Part shown: piece after piece, positions 54,816 through 62,511 of the stretch
Numbering within the stretch: position 1 is the first letter of the stretch
Layout of the letters: each line of letters begins with the position of its first letter
Virus record (IMG/VR): IMGVR_UViG_3300045988_144346
Location: 1 to 64,000 of that record
Length of the DNA stretch: 64,000 bases
DNA from: a virus
Direction: 5' to 3' (one strand)
Notes under the pieces: generated by a model
Told to the model about the DNA's origin: nothing
Seen by the model: only the letters and a program-made list of their open reading frames with translations
Databases searched by the model: none
Program-made: the position numbers and the translations under genes

Positions 54816-55137
54816 TTTCTCCTTTCGGTGGTTCGGGAAGCGGCATCCACGCAAACACACGCGCTTTCTGCCCCAGTGAATCCCCCGCACCTGTCCAATG
54901 GCCATTATACTGGTAGGCGATCTCGTAGGTCGTATACATCCGGTTATAAGAGCCATAGCGGTAGTATTCGTACCAGATGAGGACGTGCTCGCCATTTTCC
55001 GGAAGTCTGTCCTTGACGCTGATCCATTGCGGGACAGAGACGGCGGGAAGCGCCATGATGGTCTGTACGTTTTTTGCGCTGCACCCGTCCTGCATCAATC
55101 GCATAACCGCCGCTTCGCGTTCTAAGTATTCAGCCAT
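54805..55137 (-). CDS. DUF551-domain protein
   Basis: WISVKDRLPENGEHVLIW...AWMPLPEPP is the DUF551 pattern. ATG 55137 follows ggaggactgaca. Confidence 0.6.
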   Translation of the reverse strand: MAEYLEREAAVMRLMQDGCSAKNVQTIMALPAVSVPQWISVKDRLPENGEHVLIWYEYYRYGSYNRMYTTYEIAYQYNGHWTGAGDSLGQKARVFAWMPLPEPPKGENDG

Positions 55138-55315
55138 TGTCAGTCCTCCTGTTCCATGTAGCAACCACCGTTTCTACGGCGTTGCTTTCTTGCCACATGA
55201 CATCCGTCATATTCATTGTGCCTACATAGCATTTAGAGCAAATTTCTCTCACGCCGTCATTTACAAGCAGCCGTGCTTTTCCGCCGCAGAACGGGCAAGG
55301 TTTAAGCTCCTCCAT
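55130..55315 (-). CDS. lar: Lar-family restriction-alleviation protein
   Basis: MEELKPCPFCGG...C.KC...ATWNRR matches the Lar family layout. Confidence 0.65.
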   Translation of the reverse strand: MEELKPCPFCGGKARLLVNDGVREICSKCYVGTMNMTDVMWQESNAVETVVATWNRRTDNG

Positions 55316-55317
55316 TG

Positions 55318-55623
55318 TCAGCCCTCCCAATCAATCGCCTGTCCGCAATCGGGGCAGAAGCGGGTTTTTCTCCCAGCGCAGAGCTCCCCATTAATTTCGG
55401 ACACAAATCTCGTTCCACAAGCCACGCAGCAAAAGTGCTTAGAGTCTTTTTGGTTTAACACAACCGGTGGCTCCGGTATCTGCTTGTCCAGCGCCTTACA
55501 CGCCATAAGGCAAGCCTCGTCTACCGCCTCCTGCAATTTCTCCTTGCCTTTGAACCCGATCTCGGCAAGGGCTTCCCGCGTAGTGTCCGGGTGAAGGATT
55601 CGTTTTGCTTCTTCGTAGGTCAT
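55318..55623 (-). CDS. Zn-ribbon protein (CCVACG...FCPDCG)
   Basis: ATG at 55623 follows gggaggacgcggc; 101 aa. Confidence 0.45.
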   Translation of the reverse strand: MTYEEAKRILHPDTTREALAEIGFKGKEKLQEAVDEACLMACKALDKQIPEPPVVLNQKDSKHFCCVACGTRFVSEINGELCAGRKTRFCPDCGQAIDWEG

Positions 55624-55775
55624 GCCGCGTCCTCCCATACTGGGCGGCTTTTCTTCCACTTGCGCCAGCGGATAAAGCGCCACCGGGGCGGCTCGCTGTC
55701 CAGCCACTTGTTGAAATGCGCGATGTACTCAAGGCGCAGATTGTACCGGCGCTTCTTTTCCTGTTTTTCGTTCAT
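55620..55775 (-). CDS. Basic 51-aa protein
   Basis: ATG 55775 follows ggaggatgaaaa. ATGA overlaps at both ends. Not in the track. Confidence 0.35.
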   Translation of the reverse strand: MNEKQEKKRRYNLRLEYIAHFNKWLDSEPPRWRFIRWRKWKKSRPVWEDAA

Positions 55776-55930
55776 TTTTCATCCTCCGTCAAAATTTCTC
55801 GGTCAAGAACCGCGTCGATTGTTTCCACTGCGTCGAGGAGCGCACCCTCTACGTCGGCTCCTGTTCCAAGCGAAATTCCCTGAATCTTGCCGAGCATGCG
55901 CTGGATCGTGGAAAAATCCTTTCTTGTCAT
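55772..55930 (-). CDS. Hypothetical 52-aa protein
   Basis: ATGA overlaps at both ends. Confidence 0.35.
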   Translation of the reverse strand: MTRKDFSTIQRMLGKIQGISLGTGADVEGALLDAVETIDAVLDREILTEDEK

Positions 55931-56478
55931 GGTTCGGCCTCCAAAACGAGTGTGTTGATATTGTCGGGAAGCTCTGCCCACAGTAGAACGTCCTCCACAA
56001 GGTACTCGAAGTCTTCTCCATCCCCATAGAAGCCGGGCGTCGCCTCTTCTTCCCAAGAGTTCACAAACGAACTCGCGTGGTAATACAACTGCTCGTAATA
56101 AACGTAGCCGCTTTTAAGCATAGATTCCTGCGCGCAGAGGCAGCGGCAGTCTTTGCCCGGAAGCCGATCTTTCACGCTCGTGAAGCGCAGTCCGGTACTG
56201 GCCCTTGCGAGCAATTCGTTAAAAGTCATCCCGGAGGCAATAAGCTCGTCCTCGAACTTTTTGTATTCCAGCACGTCGGTCGGGGACATTGTAGTATCCT
56301 CGTACTCTTTCAGCCGTTCCCACACCTTGCGCTGGCTGCATGCGCCGTCCGGGCAGTATTTGCCCCAGCGCTCTTCGCGGCATTTGGCAATGTCGCAGAA
56401 GTTGCCATCGAAAGTAAGCCGACCGTAAGGAAGCTTTGTTTTATCCATTGGCTGGTTCGATTCCTCCTCGTTTTTCAT
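55927..56478 (-). CDS. Cys-rich N-domain + DUF551-like C-domain protein
   Basis: FTSVKDRLPGKD...LLWAELP; an alternative start lies at 56448. Confidence 0.45.
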   Translation of the reverse strand: MKNEEESNQPMDKTKLPYGRLTFDGNFCDIAKCREERWGKYCPDGACSQRKVWERLKEYEDTTMSPTDVLEYKKFEDELIASGMTFNELLARASTGLRFTSVKDRLPGKDCRCLCAQESMLKSGYVYYEQLYYHASSFVNSWEEEATPGFYGDGEDFEYLVEDVLLWAELPDNINTLVLEAEP

Positions 56479-56911
56479 TTTTGCGGTAAATCACAACCAT
56501 GCTCGGAAACGGCGCGCTGTTTGTTGCGTTTCCGAATTTCAACCGCCCACGCACAAAGCGGATTTCGGCTTTGCCGTAGATGAACTCGTGAAACCATCGT
56601 GTGTCCGTCCGAGCCGGAAGAAGCATAACAATCGTGTTGCCGTTCTTTTCGTGCTCCTCCCACGCTTTCTGTACCCACTTTCCGATCTCGCGCCCGTAAG
56701 GGGGATTGCAGAACACCGTGTGGTCTCCCCACCGGCGGGTGAGTCCGTTCTGCTCTTTCGTGAAGAACGTCTCGCATTTGTGGTTCGCTTCATTCGCCGC
56801 CGGATCAAGAGTAAAGTGAAATTCGCCGTTCAGCTCATCAAAGAACGCCTGCGGCGTCGCCCATTCGTCAGTGGCGGAAGAAAACATCCCGCCAAACTGT
56901 TTATCTGTCAT
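56441..56911 (-). CDS. dam: Phage-type DNA N6-adenine methyltransferase (Dam family)
   Basis: DEWATPQAFFDEL...FTLDPAA...VFCNPPYGREIGKWV...LLPARTDTRWFH...GRLKF. ATG 56911 follows ggaggtaatgccg. Confidence 0.75.
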   Translation of the reverse strand: MTDKQFGGMFSSATDEWATPQAFFDELNGEFHFTLDPAANEANHKCETFFTKEQNGLTRRWGDHTVFCNPPYGREIGKWVQKAWEEHEKNGNTIVMLLPARTDTRWFHEFIYGKAEIRFVRGRLKFGNATNSAPFPSMVVIYRKNEKRGGIEPANG

Positions 56912-57038
56912 CGGCATTACCTCCAAAATGATGCTTTGTTACGGCGATGGCAAACGGCTCAATCTCCGCATCACCGATCCTTGTGATATCTCCTAAGTGT
57001 TTAATGAAAATCGCCTCTCTTTCAGAATGCCATCAGCA

Positions 57039-57311
57039 TTACCGCGCCTTATCATCAGGTATGCTTCGATCCCAACGCAGACCCCCTTCGGGCTCTTCCC
57101 GGAGGTTGCTCCGCTCTACGCCAGTAATCTTTCCAAAAATAACGCCTGAAGCGTCCCTCAACAGAATTAAGCATCTGTCACCGCTCCGCTGAACCTCGAT
57201 GCCGCAAGGGGCGAACAGCCCACCAGCGTCGTGCTCACCGCTGATATCGCACGCACCAGTGTAGTTCTCTACCTCAACCTGGGCGGCTAAAATAAACATA
57301 GCCGTCATCAC
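57039..57311 (-). CDS. First gene of the minus-strand operon, unknown
   Basis: GTG 57311 / ATG 57308 right after aggagg; sits directly under promoter copy g. Confidence 0.4.
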   Translation of the reverse strand: MMTAMFILAAQVEVENYTGACDISGEHDAGGLFAPCGIEVQRSGDRCLILLRDASGVIFGKITGVERSNLREEPEGGLRWDRSIPDDKAR

Positions 57312-57320
57312 CTCCTGCCC

Positions 57321-57351
57321 TATATGGCAATCACAGCCTTAAATTGCAACC
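57321..57351 (-). promoter_or_regulatory. TTGCAA-N17-CATATA element copy g
   Basis: Minus strand: GGTTGCAA (57351-57344), 17-nt spacer, CATATAGGG (57326-57318). Confidence 0.55.
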
Positions 57352-57406
57352 AGTCTACTTGAAATATTAAAGTATCCCAGCAACGGCTTTACCCGTAATT
57401 ATGTAT

Positions 57407-57457
57407 GAAAAAAGTCCCGGAAACGCTCAATGAGAACGTTAGCCAGGACTCCTTTTT
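57407..57457. terminator. Bidirectional hairpin terminator
   Basis: aaaaaa-agtcccgg-(22-nt loop with inner aacg/cgtt stem)-ccaggact-ccttttt. Confidence 0.55.
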
Positions 57458-57581
57458 ATTGATGTGGGCTGAATAGTTGGGGTGGGGGTGGTGCCGCGCG
57501 GGGTTACGCAACCGGTTCTTAGCGTTCAATTTTGAAAGTAGGGGGGCGTTTGACATGTCTTAATTGATATTAAGAGCAGTT

Positions 57582-57610
57582 AAAAGGCCGCTCCAGCGGC
57601 CTTGCTTTTG
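57582..57610. terminator. Hairpin terminator
   Basis: aaaaggccgc-tcca-gcggcctt-gctttt. Confidence 0.55.
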
Positions 57611-57810
57611 CCCGTCCAGGCGGGCGACGGATGATTGTTTTTCATGCACACATGAACGGTTTTTCATTTTTCACACCCTTTTTTTGCTCGGGCTGTCGCC
57701 TTTATTCTGTTGCTATGCGCCGGGCGTTGCGGTTGTATGATTGGCTCGGCGGGCGCTTGTGCGCGTGTTCATATGGGGCGCAGCGGCTGCCGCAAGCGCC
57801 AACAGGGGGG

Positions 57811-57941
57811 ACATATATAGATAGATATATATAGACACATATAATAGATACATATATAGATATATAATTATATACATAGTTATATGATATATAGCTATAT
57901 AAATAACTAATAAAAAGAAGAAACAAGCAAAGAAGAAAAAG
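57811..57941. repeat. Extreme AT-rich low-complexity island ((TA)n/GATA/CATA, then an A/G purine tract)
   Basis: acatatatagatagatatatatagacacatataatagatacatatatagatatataattatatacatag...aaaaagaagaaacaagcaaagaagaaaaaga, embedded in very GC-rich flanks. Confidence 0.9.
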
Positions 57942-58157
57942 ACGCAGATCCGGGCGGGACATACCGCGCCGCCGTCCCTGTCCCCCTGGACGCTGGACGC
58001 TGGAGGCGGCGGCATATGCGGATATAGATCCGGCATAGCTGCGGCCCATAAGCGCAGCAGCGCGCCCCAATAATATAAAAGCAACCCGCGGCATGTGCCC
58101 CGGGCTGCTGTTCCCCCTGTATGCGCTTGTATGGCCTCTCAGCGCCGTTTTGCCGTC

Positions 58158-58973
58158 TCATCGGTGTAGGGGCATTGCCGCGCCGGTTGCGTCCCTGTAC
58201 GCCGTTATACGCGCCCGTATGGCGCTAAGACGTTTGCGGACAGCTTGCCCACTCATGCCTATAACCGCGCCTATATCGTCCGTTGTGTACCCGGCGGCCG
58301 CGCCGCGGATAATTGCGGCGTCTATATCATCCCCGGCGGCGGCGTGGATAGCGTCGCGGATCTCTCCGGCGTCCTCGATCGGCCGCGCCGTCGCTCCTCT
58401 CATGCGGGCATTGTGCGCCTTTTCGGCCGGCCCTATGTCGGCGGCGTCCGCAAGATCCGGCGCGCTGCCGCCTATGCTATGCGTGTTTTCGCGGGCCTCA
58501 TGCCGCAGCGCGTCCAGGGCGGCAAATAACAGTTGATCGCGCAGCGGGCGCGGATCTCCTGACTGGAGACGGGTCTCGAGCCGGATCCAGGCGTCGCCTA
58601 CCAATTCAACCGGCTTGCAGCCGCCGGCGGCGCGGACGTTCGCCGGCTTGAGCGCGCAGGCGGCGCTGCAGGCGGCCTTGAGGGCGTCGAATTTGGCCGC
58701 GTCGTCCAATTCGATCCAGCGCCCGCAGGGCTCAAGGACATAAGCGGCGGTAAACTCCTCCGGCGTCTTGTGGTAGATCGTATCCAGCAGCCCCAAAAGC
58801 TCTTCAGGCGTATTTGCGACGGCGCTGGAGCCATAATGGCTATAGTTGATATAACGGCCGTCGTCGCTGACGGACAGCGCGGCATAATAGATGTTACCGG
58901 CGCAGCCGCGGACGTTTTGGCCATACGTCGCGCCGCGGTTGATGTTCTTGTAAATGGTCTCGAGTGTCGTCAT
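58158..58973 (-). CDS. Protein with C-terminal sigma-70 region-4/LuxR-like HTH
   Basis: C-terminus GYTTDDIGAVIGMSGQAVRKRLSAIRARI; the N-terminal 200 aa are unassigned. Confidence 0.45.
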   Translation of the reverse strand: MTTLETIYKNINRGATYGQNVRGCAGNIYYAALSVSDDGRYINYSHYGSSAVANTPEELLGLLDTIYHKTPEEFTAAYVLEPCGRWIELDDAAKFDALKAACSAACALKPANVRAAGGCKPVELVGDAWIRLETRLQSGDPRPLRDQLLFAALDALRHEARENTHSIGGSAPDLADAADIGPAEKAHNARMRGATARPIEDAGEIRDAIHAAAGDDIDAAIIRGAAAGYTTDDIGAVIGMSGQAVRKRLSAIRARITAYRDATGAAMPLHR

Positions 58974-59005
58974 GATATTTTATCCTTTCCGGCGCGTTGC
59001 GCCTG

Positions 59006-59119
59006 TCAAATGTTGCGGATCCGCTGCGCGTCACGACGGCGGGCCCGGTTGTACTCGATCTCTCCGGCGATTTTATCCAGGGCGACGGCGGCGACAGCCG
59101 CCAAAATTAAAACGATCAT
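59006..59119 (-). CDS. 37-aa single-TM peptide
   Basis: MIVLILAAVAAVALDKIAG...; ATGA overlap with the upstream ORF. Confidence 0.3.
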   Translation of the reverse strand: MIVLILAAVAAVALDKIAGEIEYNRARRRDAQRIRNI

Positions 59120-59301
59120 ACGCGCGCCCCCTGCAGAATGTCCGCGTTGATTTTTTCCGCTTGTGCGGGCGTTGCCTGTACGGTGATGTAACACCCGTCG
59201 CCGCAGCCGGCAACGTCCAGCAACACCGCGCCGGCGGCGCGGATGATCCGCAAATAACGCGCCTTTTCGGCGCTGTCGATCAAACAAGAAAAGTTTTTCA
59301 T
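59116..59301 (-). CDS. Hypothetical 61-aa protein
   Basis: ORF in operon spacing. Confidence 0.35.
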   Translation of the reverse strand: MKNFSCLIDSAEKARYLRIIRAAGAVLLDVAGCGDGCYITVQATPAQAEKINADILQGARV

Positions 59302-59315
59302 GTTTCCGCCCCCCC

Positions 59316-59669
59316 TTAAATAAAATAAAGTGATCCGTCAATCTCAAGACTAACGGCCTCCTGCTGCAGATCGGCGCGCATGTCGGCGCAAACATTTATT
59401 ACGGTGTCCAGCTTGCGCTCGAGATCCTCTCCGGCGGCATAGGCATAAACAACGGTTGTTTTTTCCTCCACAAGGCCGGCGGCGTCGCTCATCCAATAAC
59501 CGAGCGCCGGGGTTGCCGTCGCGCCGCCGAAAAGATTTGACAGCGTCGCGGCCGCCATTTTGACATATCGGGCATTATCGGCGGCGGTGTTGACGCCGTC
59601 CGTGCCGGGAACGTAGATTGCTACGCGATGACGCAGCGGCTGCAGTTTTTCAAGTCTCTTGTTAGTCAT
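59316..59669 (-). CDS. Hypothetical protein
   Basis: ATG 59669 follows gggaggacgaaaaa; 117 aa. Confidence 0.45.
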   Translation of the reverse strand: MTNKRLEKLQPLRHRVAIYVPGTDGVNTAADNARYVKMAAATLSNLFGGATATPALGYWMSDAAGLVEEKTTVVYAYAAGEDLERKLDTVINVCADMRADLQQEAVSLEIDGSLYFI

Positions 59670-59716
59670 TTTTTCGTCCTCCCTATTGTCGGGGCTCTTG
59701 TCCCCTTGCAAGTATG

Positions 59717-59745
59717 ATTATATGCCGTTTAACGGCATAAGGCAA
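59717..59745 (-). promoter_or_regulatory. Promoter with a palindromic operator in its spacer
   Basis: Minus strand: TTGCCT (59745-59740), N17, TATAAT (59722-59717). The spacer is the palindrome TATGCCGTTTAACGGCATA (59721-59739). Confidence 0.55.
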
Positions 59746-59844
59746 GAGACAATTTTGCCCAAAGTTCAAAGGCTTATTTTAGATATTTTGTATATTGTTT
59801 AACAGTATAATAAATGTTATCATAACCTCGAGGGGGTGTTTTTA

Positions 59845-60084
59845 TTGCCATTACCCAAAACGGGCAAGCGAACAGACGCGCAGCGCCGCGCCCGAAATAA
59901 ATGGGATGCGGCGAATATGACAACATTAGGTTGCCGGATGCGCCGAGACGACGCCGAAAAATTCAAAGGCGCGTGTTATTCGGCAGGAACGACGCCGAAC
60001 GCCGTTTTTACCGCGGCGGCGGCGGATTTTATGGAAAAAAACGCAAACAATAACAAAACGTCTGGAGGTGCTGAAAATGAGTAA
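59845..60084 (+). CDS. Ribbon-helix-helix-like DNA-binding protein
   Basis: TTG 59845 lies 8 nt after gaggggg. LGCRMRRDDAEKFKGACYSAGTTPNAVFTAAAADFM fits a strand + two-helix layout. Confidence 0.45.
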   Translation: MPLPKTGKRTDAQRRARNKWDAANMTTLGCRMRRDDAEKFKGACYSAGTTPNAVFTAAAADFMEKNANNNKTSGGAENE

Positions 60085-60289
60085 CCGCGACATTGCGAAA
60101 ACCTTAATTGACCAGATCCCGGAAACGCGGCTTTTTAACGTGATCCTCTTTTTACAGGGGGCCGCGCTTCCGGACGCGGAAACGCCGAACGCGGAAACAG
60201 CCGCCGCAATTGCCGAGCTTGCGAACGGCGGCGGGACACGCTTTAGCGGCGACACGTCGGCGCTTTTTGCGTCGATTCTGGAGGGCTGA
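60068..60289 (+). CDS. Type II antitoxin candidate
   Basis: 73-aa ORF overlapping the upstream gene and ending 4 nt before the toxin start; PNAETAAAIAEL motif. Confidence 0.5.
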   Translation: MLKMSNRDIAKTLIDQIPETRLFNVILFLQGAALPDAETPNAETAAAIAELANGGGTRFSGDTSALFASILEG

Positions 60290-60293
60290 CAGA

Positions 60294-60563
60294 GTGCTGG
60301 AGATTGTCTATTCCTCCCGCTTTAAGCGCGACTTGCGGCAATGCGCCAAACGTCAATTAGATTTAACCAGACTGCAAACCGTCATTGACACACTGCGCAC
60401 GCCCGCGGCGCTCCCGGCACAAAACCGGGATCACGATTTAACGGGGAATTATTCCGGTTTTCGGGAATGCCATGTTTCCCCGGATTGGTTGTTGATCTAC
60501 CGCGTGGACGGTAACGCGCTGTTATTGGCCCGCACCGGATCGCATTCCGACTTGTTCAGCTGA
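60294..60563 (+). CDS. RelE/YafQ-family type II toxin (mRNA interferase)
   Basis: GTG 60294 follows ctggaggg. HDLTGNYSGFRECHVSPDWLLIYRVDGNALLLARTGSHSDLF matches the YafQ/RelE C-terminal signature. Confidence 0.75.
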   Translation: MLEIVYSSRFKRDLRQCAKRQLDLTRLQTVIDTLRTPAALPAQNRDHDLTGNYSGFRECHVSPDWLLIYRVDGNALLLARTGSHSDLFS

Positions 60564-60592
60564 TTCGTTTAATAAGTAAAACAATGTGCAGC

Positions 60593-60624
60593 CCCCGGCG
60601 GTATCGTCCGCCGGGGATTTTTTG
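60593..60624 (+). terminator. Intrinsic terminator after the toxin gene
   Basis: ccccggcgg-tatcgt-ccgccgggg-attttttg. Confidence 0.8.
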
Positions 60625-60631
60625 CGCCGCC

Positions 60632-60662
60632 GGTTGCAATTTGCCGCCGTTGTTGGCATATG
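60632..60662 (+). promoter_or_regulatory. TTGCAA-N17-CATATG element copy d
   Basis: GGTTGCAA 60632-60639, 17-nt spacer, CATATG 60657-60662. Confidence 0.5.
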
Positions 60663-61003
60663 AGATATAAAGCAAGCCCCGGCAGCCTCCGGCGGATCGG
60701 TAAACGCCGCCGCCCCGGCCGACCGCCGGGCCCAGCGCCCAGGGTTGCCGGTCCCAGCCCAGCCGCGCCGCCCCCAGCGCTCACGCGAAAAGAAAAACGA
60801 TTTCACGGGGGCCCGGGCGCGCAGGAGCCGCCCGCATTTCACGGGGGCCGGGCGCGAGCCAAGGACCGCCGAATTTGCCCGGCGGCGCCATGCCGCAGGG
60901 ACGCCGGCACGATCGCATACCAGCACGCACACCCGGCGGCCATGGCCGCGAGACAGTAAAACATATCCCGCCCCGGAGGTTACGAGGGCAGAAAGGAATT
61001 GAC

Positions 61004-61267
61004 ATGCGGAGCTACGTTTACATCGCCTACACGGCAGAACAGGACAAGAACGAAACCACATTTACAGAGCGAAAGACCCCGGAATATTGCCCCGGCCGTT
61101 ATGCCGCTGTTCTCCGCGTAAGTTCAGACAATAACATTTTGTCGGCGCTGTCCGCCATCGGCGGGCTCAAGGCGGCAAACGCTTTCCCCAGCAAAAAACA
61201 GGCGGAGGAAACCGCCGCGTTTTGGAATGAGTGCTACAAGCGAAACGGCACGTATCTTTTTGCGTGA
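61004..61267 (+). CDS. Hypothetical 87-aa protein
   Basis: ATG 61004 follows gaaaggaattgac. The upstream part of track ORF 60875.. is Arg/Pro-rich. Confidence 0.45.
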   Translation: MRSYVYIAYTAEQDKNETTFTERKTPEYCPGRYAAVLRVSSDNNILSALSAIGGLKAANAFPSKKQAEETAAFWNECYKRNGTYLFA

Positions 61268-61506
61268 TTCAGACAGAACAAGCCGAGTTAGGCGGCCCCT
61301 CCAACATGCCGCCCGGCTGGTACGGCGAGCCGGGCGAGATCGGCGAGCACATGCCGCACGATGGCGGCCATACGCGCATCCGCCCCATACCGGACGATTG
61401 ACGCGCCCGCCCCGGCTCACGTCTGAAGCTCTGCAAAGCCGCCCCCGGAGATCTGCACAAAGCCCCCAGAGAACCACAGAAACGCCCGCCGGAACGCTGC
61501 AAAAAA

Positions 61507-61547
61507 TCCCCCCGGAAGCCGCCGCCTCCGGGGGGAAATTATTTTTT
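61507..61547 (+). terminator. Intrinsic terminator
   Basis: ccccccgga-(10-nt loop)-tccgggggg-aaattatttttt. Confidence 0.75.
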
Positions 61548-61553
61548 GCGTTT

Positions 61554-61584
61554 GGTTGCAAAACGCGCCTATGCCTGGCATATA
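61554..61584 (+). promoter_or_regulatory. TTGCAA-N17-CATATA element copy c
   Basis: GGTTGCAA 61554-61561, 17-nt spacer, CATATAGGG 61579-61587. Confidence 0.55.
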
Positions 61585-61627
61585 GGGCAGAAAAGCAAAA
61601 CGGAAACGCGAAAGGAGAAAGCAAAAA

Positions 61628-62053
61628 ATGAAGATCACCCGTGAGAGCATCGAAAAGAGCAGCGCCCGCATGGGCAACGGCTGGACGCTCAGCCGTTACC
61701 ATCTGGTCATGTGCGGCGAGAAAGCCGCCGAGCTGCAGATCCCCATGGAGGACGGCGGATACATCCAGGGCCGCATCTACATTGACAAAAAATGGAGAGG
61801 CTACCAGGCATATGACGGCGTGCGGATCAGCGTCAACGCCTCCCGCTACTACCCGGCGCAGACCCCCGGCGTTTATGTCTCCCACGGCCTCGGCCACTGG
61901 GTGGACATTGACCGCCCGGACATGAGTAAATGTATGTTTTCGGCGGTGGAGAAGATCACGCACAAGATCACCGCAGACGATATCCGCGCCCTGTGCGAAG
62001 CAGGCGCGGCAGCCCTGACCGAAAAAATGGCGGAGCTCTCCGCCGCAGCGTAA
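61628..62053 (+). CDS. Hypothetical protein
   Basis: 141-aa ORF behind gaaaggagaaagcaaaaa. Confidence 0.5.
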   Translation: MKITRESIEKSSARMGNGWTLSRYHLVMCGEKAAELQIPMEDGGYIQGRIYIDKKWRGYQAYDGVRISVNASRYYPAQTPGVYVSHGLGHWVDIDRPDMSKCMFSAVEKITHKITADDIRALCEAGAAALTEKMAELSAAA

Positions 62054-62066
62054 GGAGGCGCAGATC

Positions 62067-62312
62067 ATGAATAACGACATTCTCAAGAATTTTGTCGAGC
62101 AGGAGCTCAACGACCACAACAAACACAACAACGCCGGCCTCGCCTCCGTCGGTTTTTTCGACGGAGCGAAGACCGAAGAAGTGACCTTCCACAGCAACCA
62201 CCGCGCGCAATACAACCGCCTGCTGATGTTCTGCGCGGAGAACGGCCTGACCGTCGTTTCCACGCATCCCGGCACGCTTGCGGCTGTCGTTCGTGTAGAG
62301 ACCGGCAAATAA
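62067..62312 (+). CDS. Hypothetical protein
   Basis: 81-aa ORF behind taaggaggcgcagatc. Confidence 0.5.
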   Translation: MNNDILKNFVEQELNDHNKHNNAGLASVGFFDGAKTEEVTFHSNHRAQYNRLLMFCAENGLTVVSTHPGTLAAVVRVETGK

Positions 62313-62328
62313 ACGCCAACAGAAGAAA

Positions 62329-62361
62329 CGCCCCCGGCGAGAGCCGGGAGCGTATTTTTTT
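62329..62361 (+). terminator. Intrinsic terminator
   Basis: cgcccccggc-gaga-gccgggagcg-tattttttt. Confidence 0.7.
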
Positions 62362-62511
62362 ACGAAAAAACCCCTTGCCCCCGAGACGTACAATAAAAAG
62401 CAGATAGCGAAGCCGCCCAGCCCCGGCGGGATATTCATTTTATTGATAATATATATTCACAAAAATCTATAGAAAAAATGCGCGGGAACATCGCAAAAAA
62501 TTTGTTTTTCC

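Noticed and set aside
57702-58094. ORFs 57702-58094 and 57713-58084 across the AT island
   Set aside because: Their translations are Tyr/Ile/Leu low-complexity products of the (TA)n/GATA repeats joined to Arg/Pro-rich GC flanks. They have no RBS and are not credible proteins.
60660-61002. Plus-strand ORFs 60660-60959 and 60745-61002 in the GC-rich leader
   Set aside because: They give Arg/Pro/Gly/Ala-rich low-complexity translations with no RBS. The region is treated as non-coding and reported as a finding instead.
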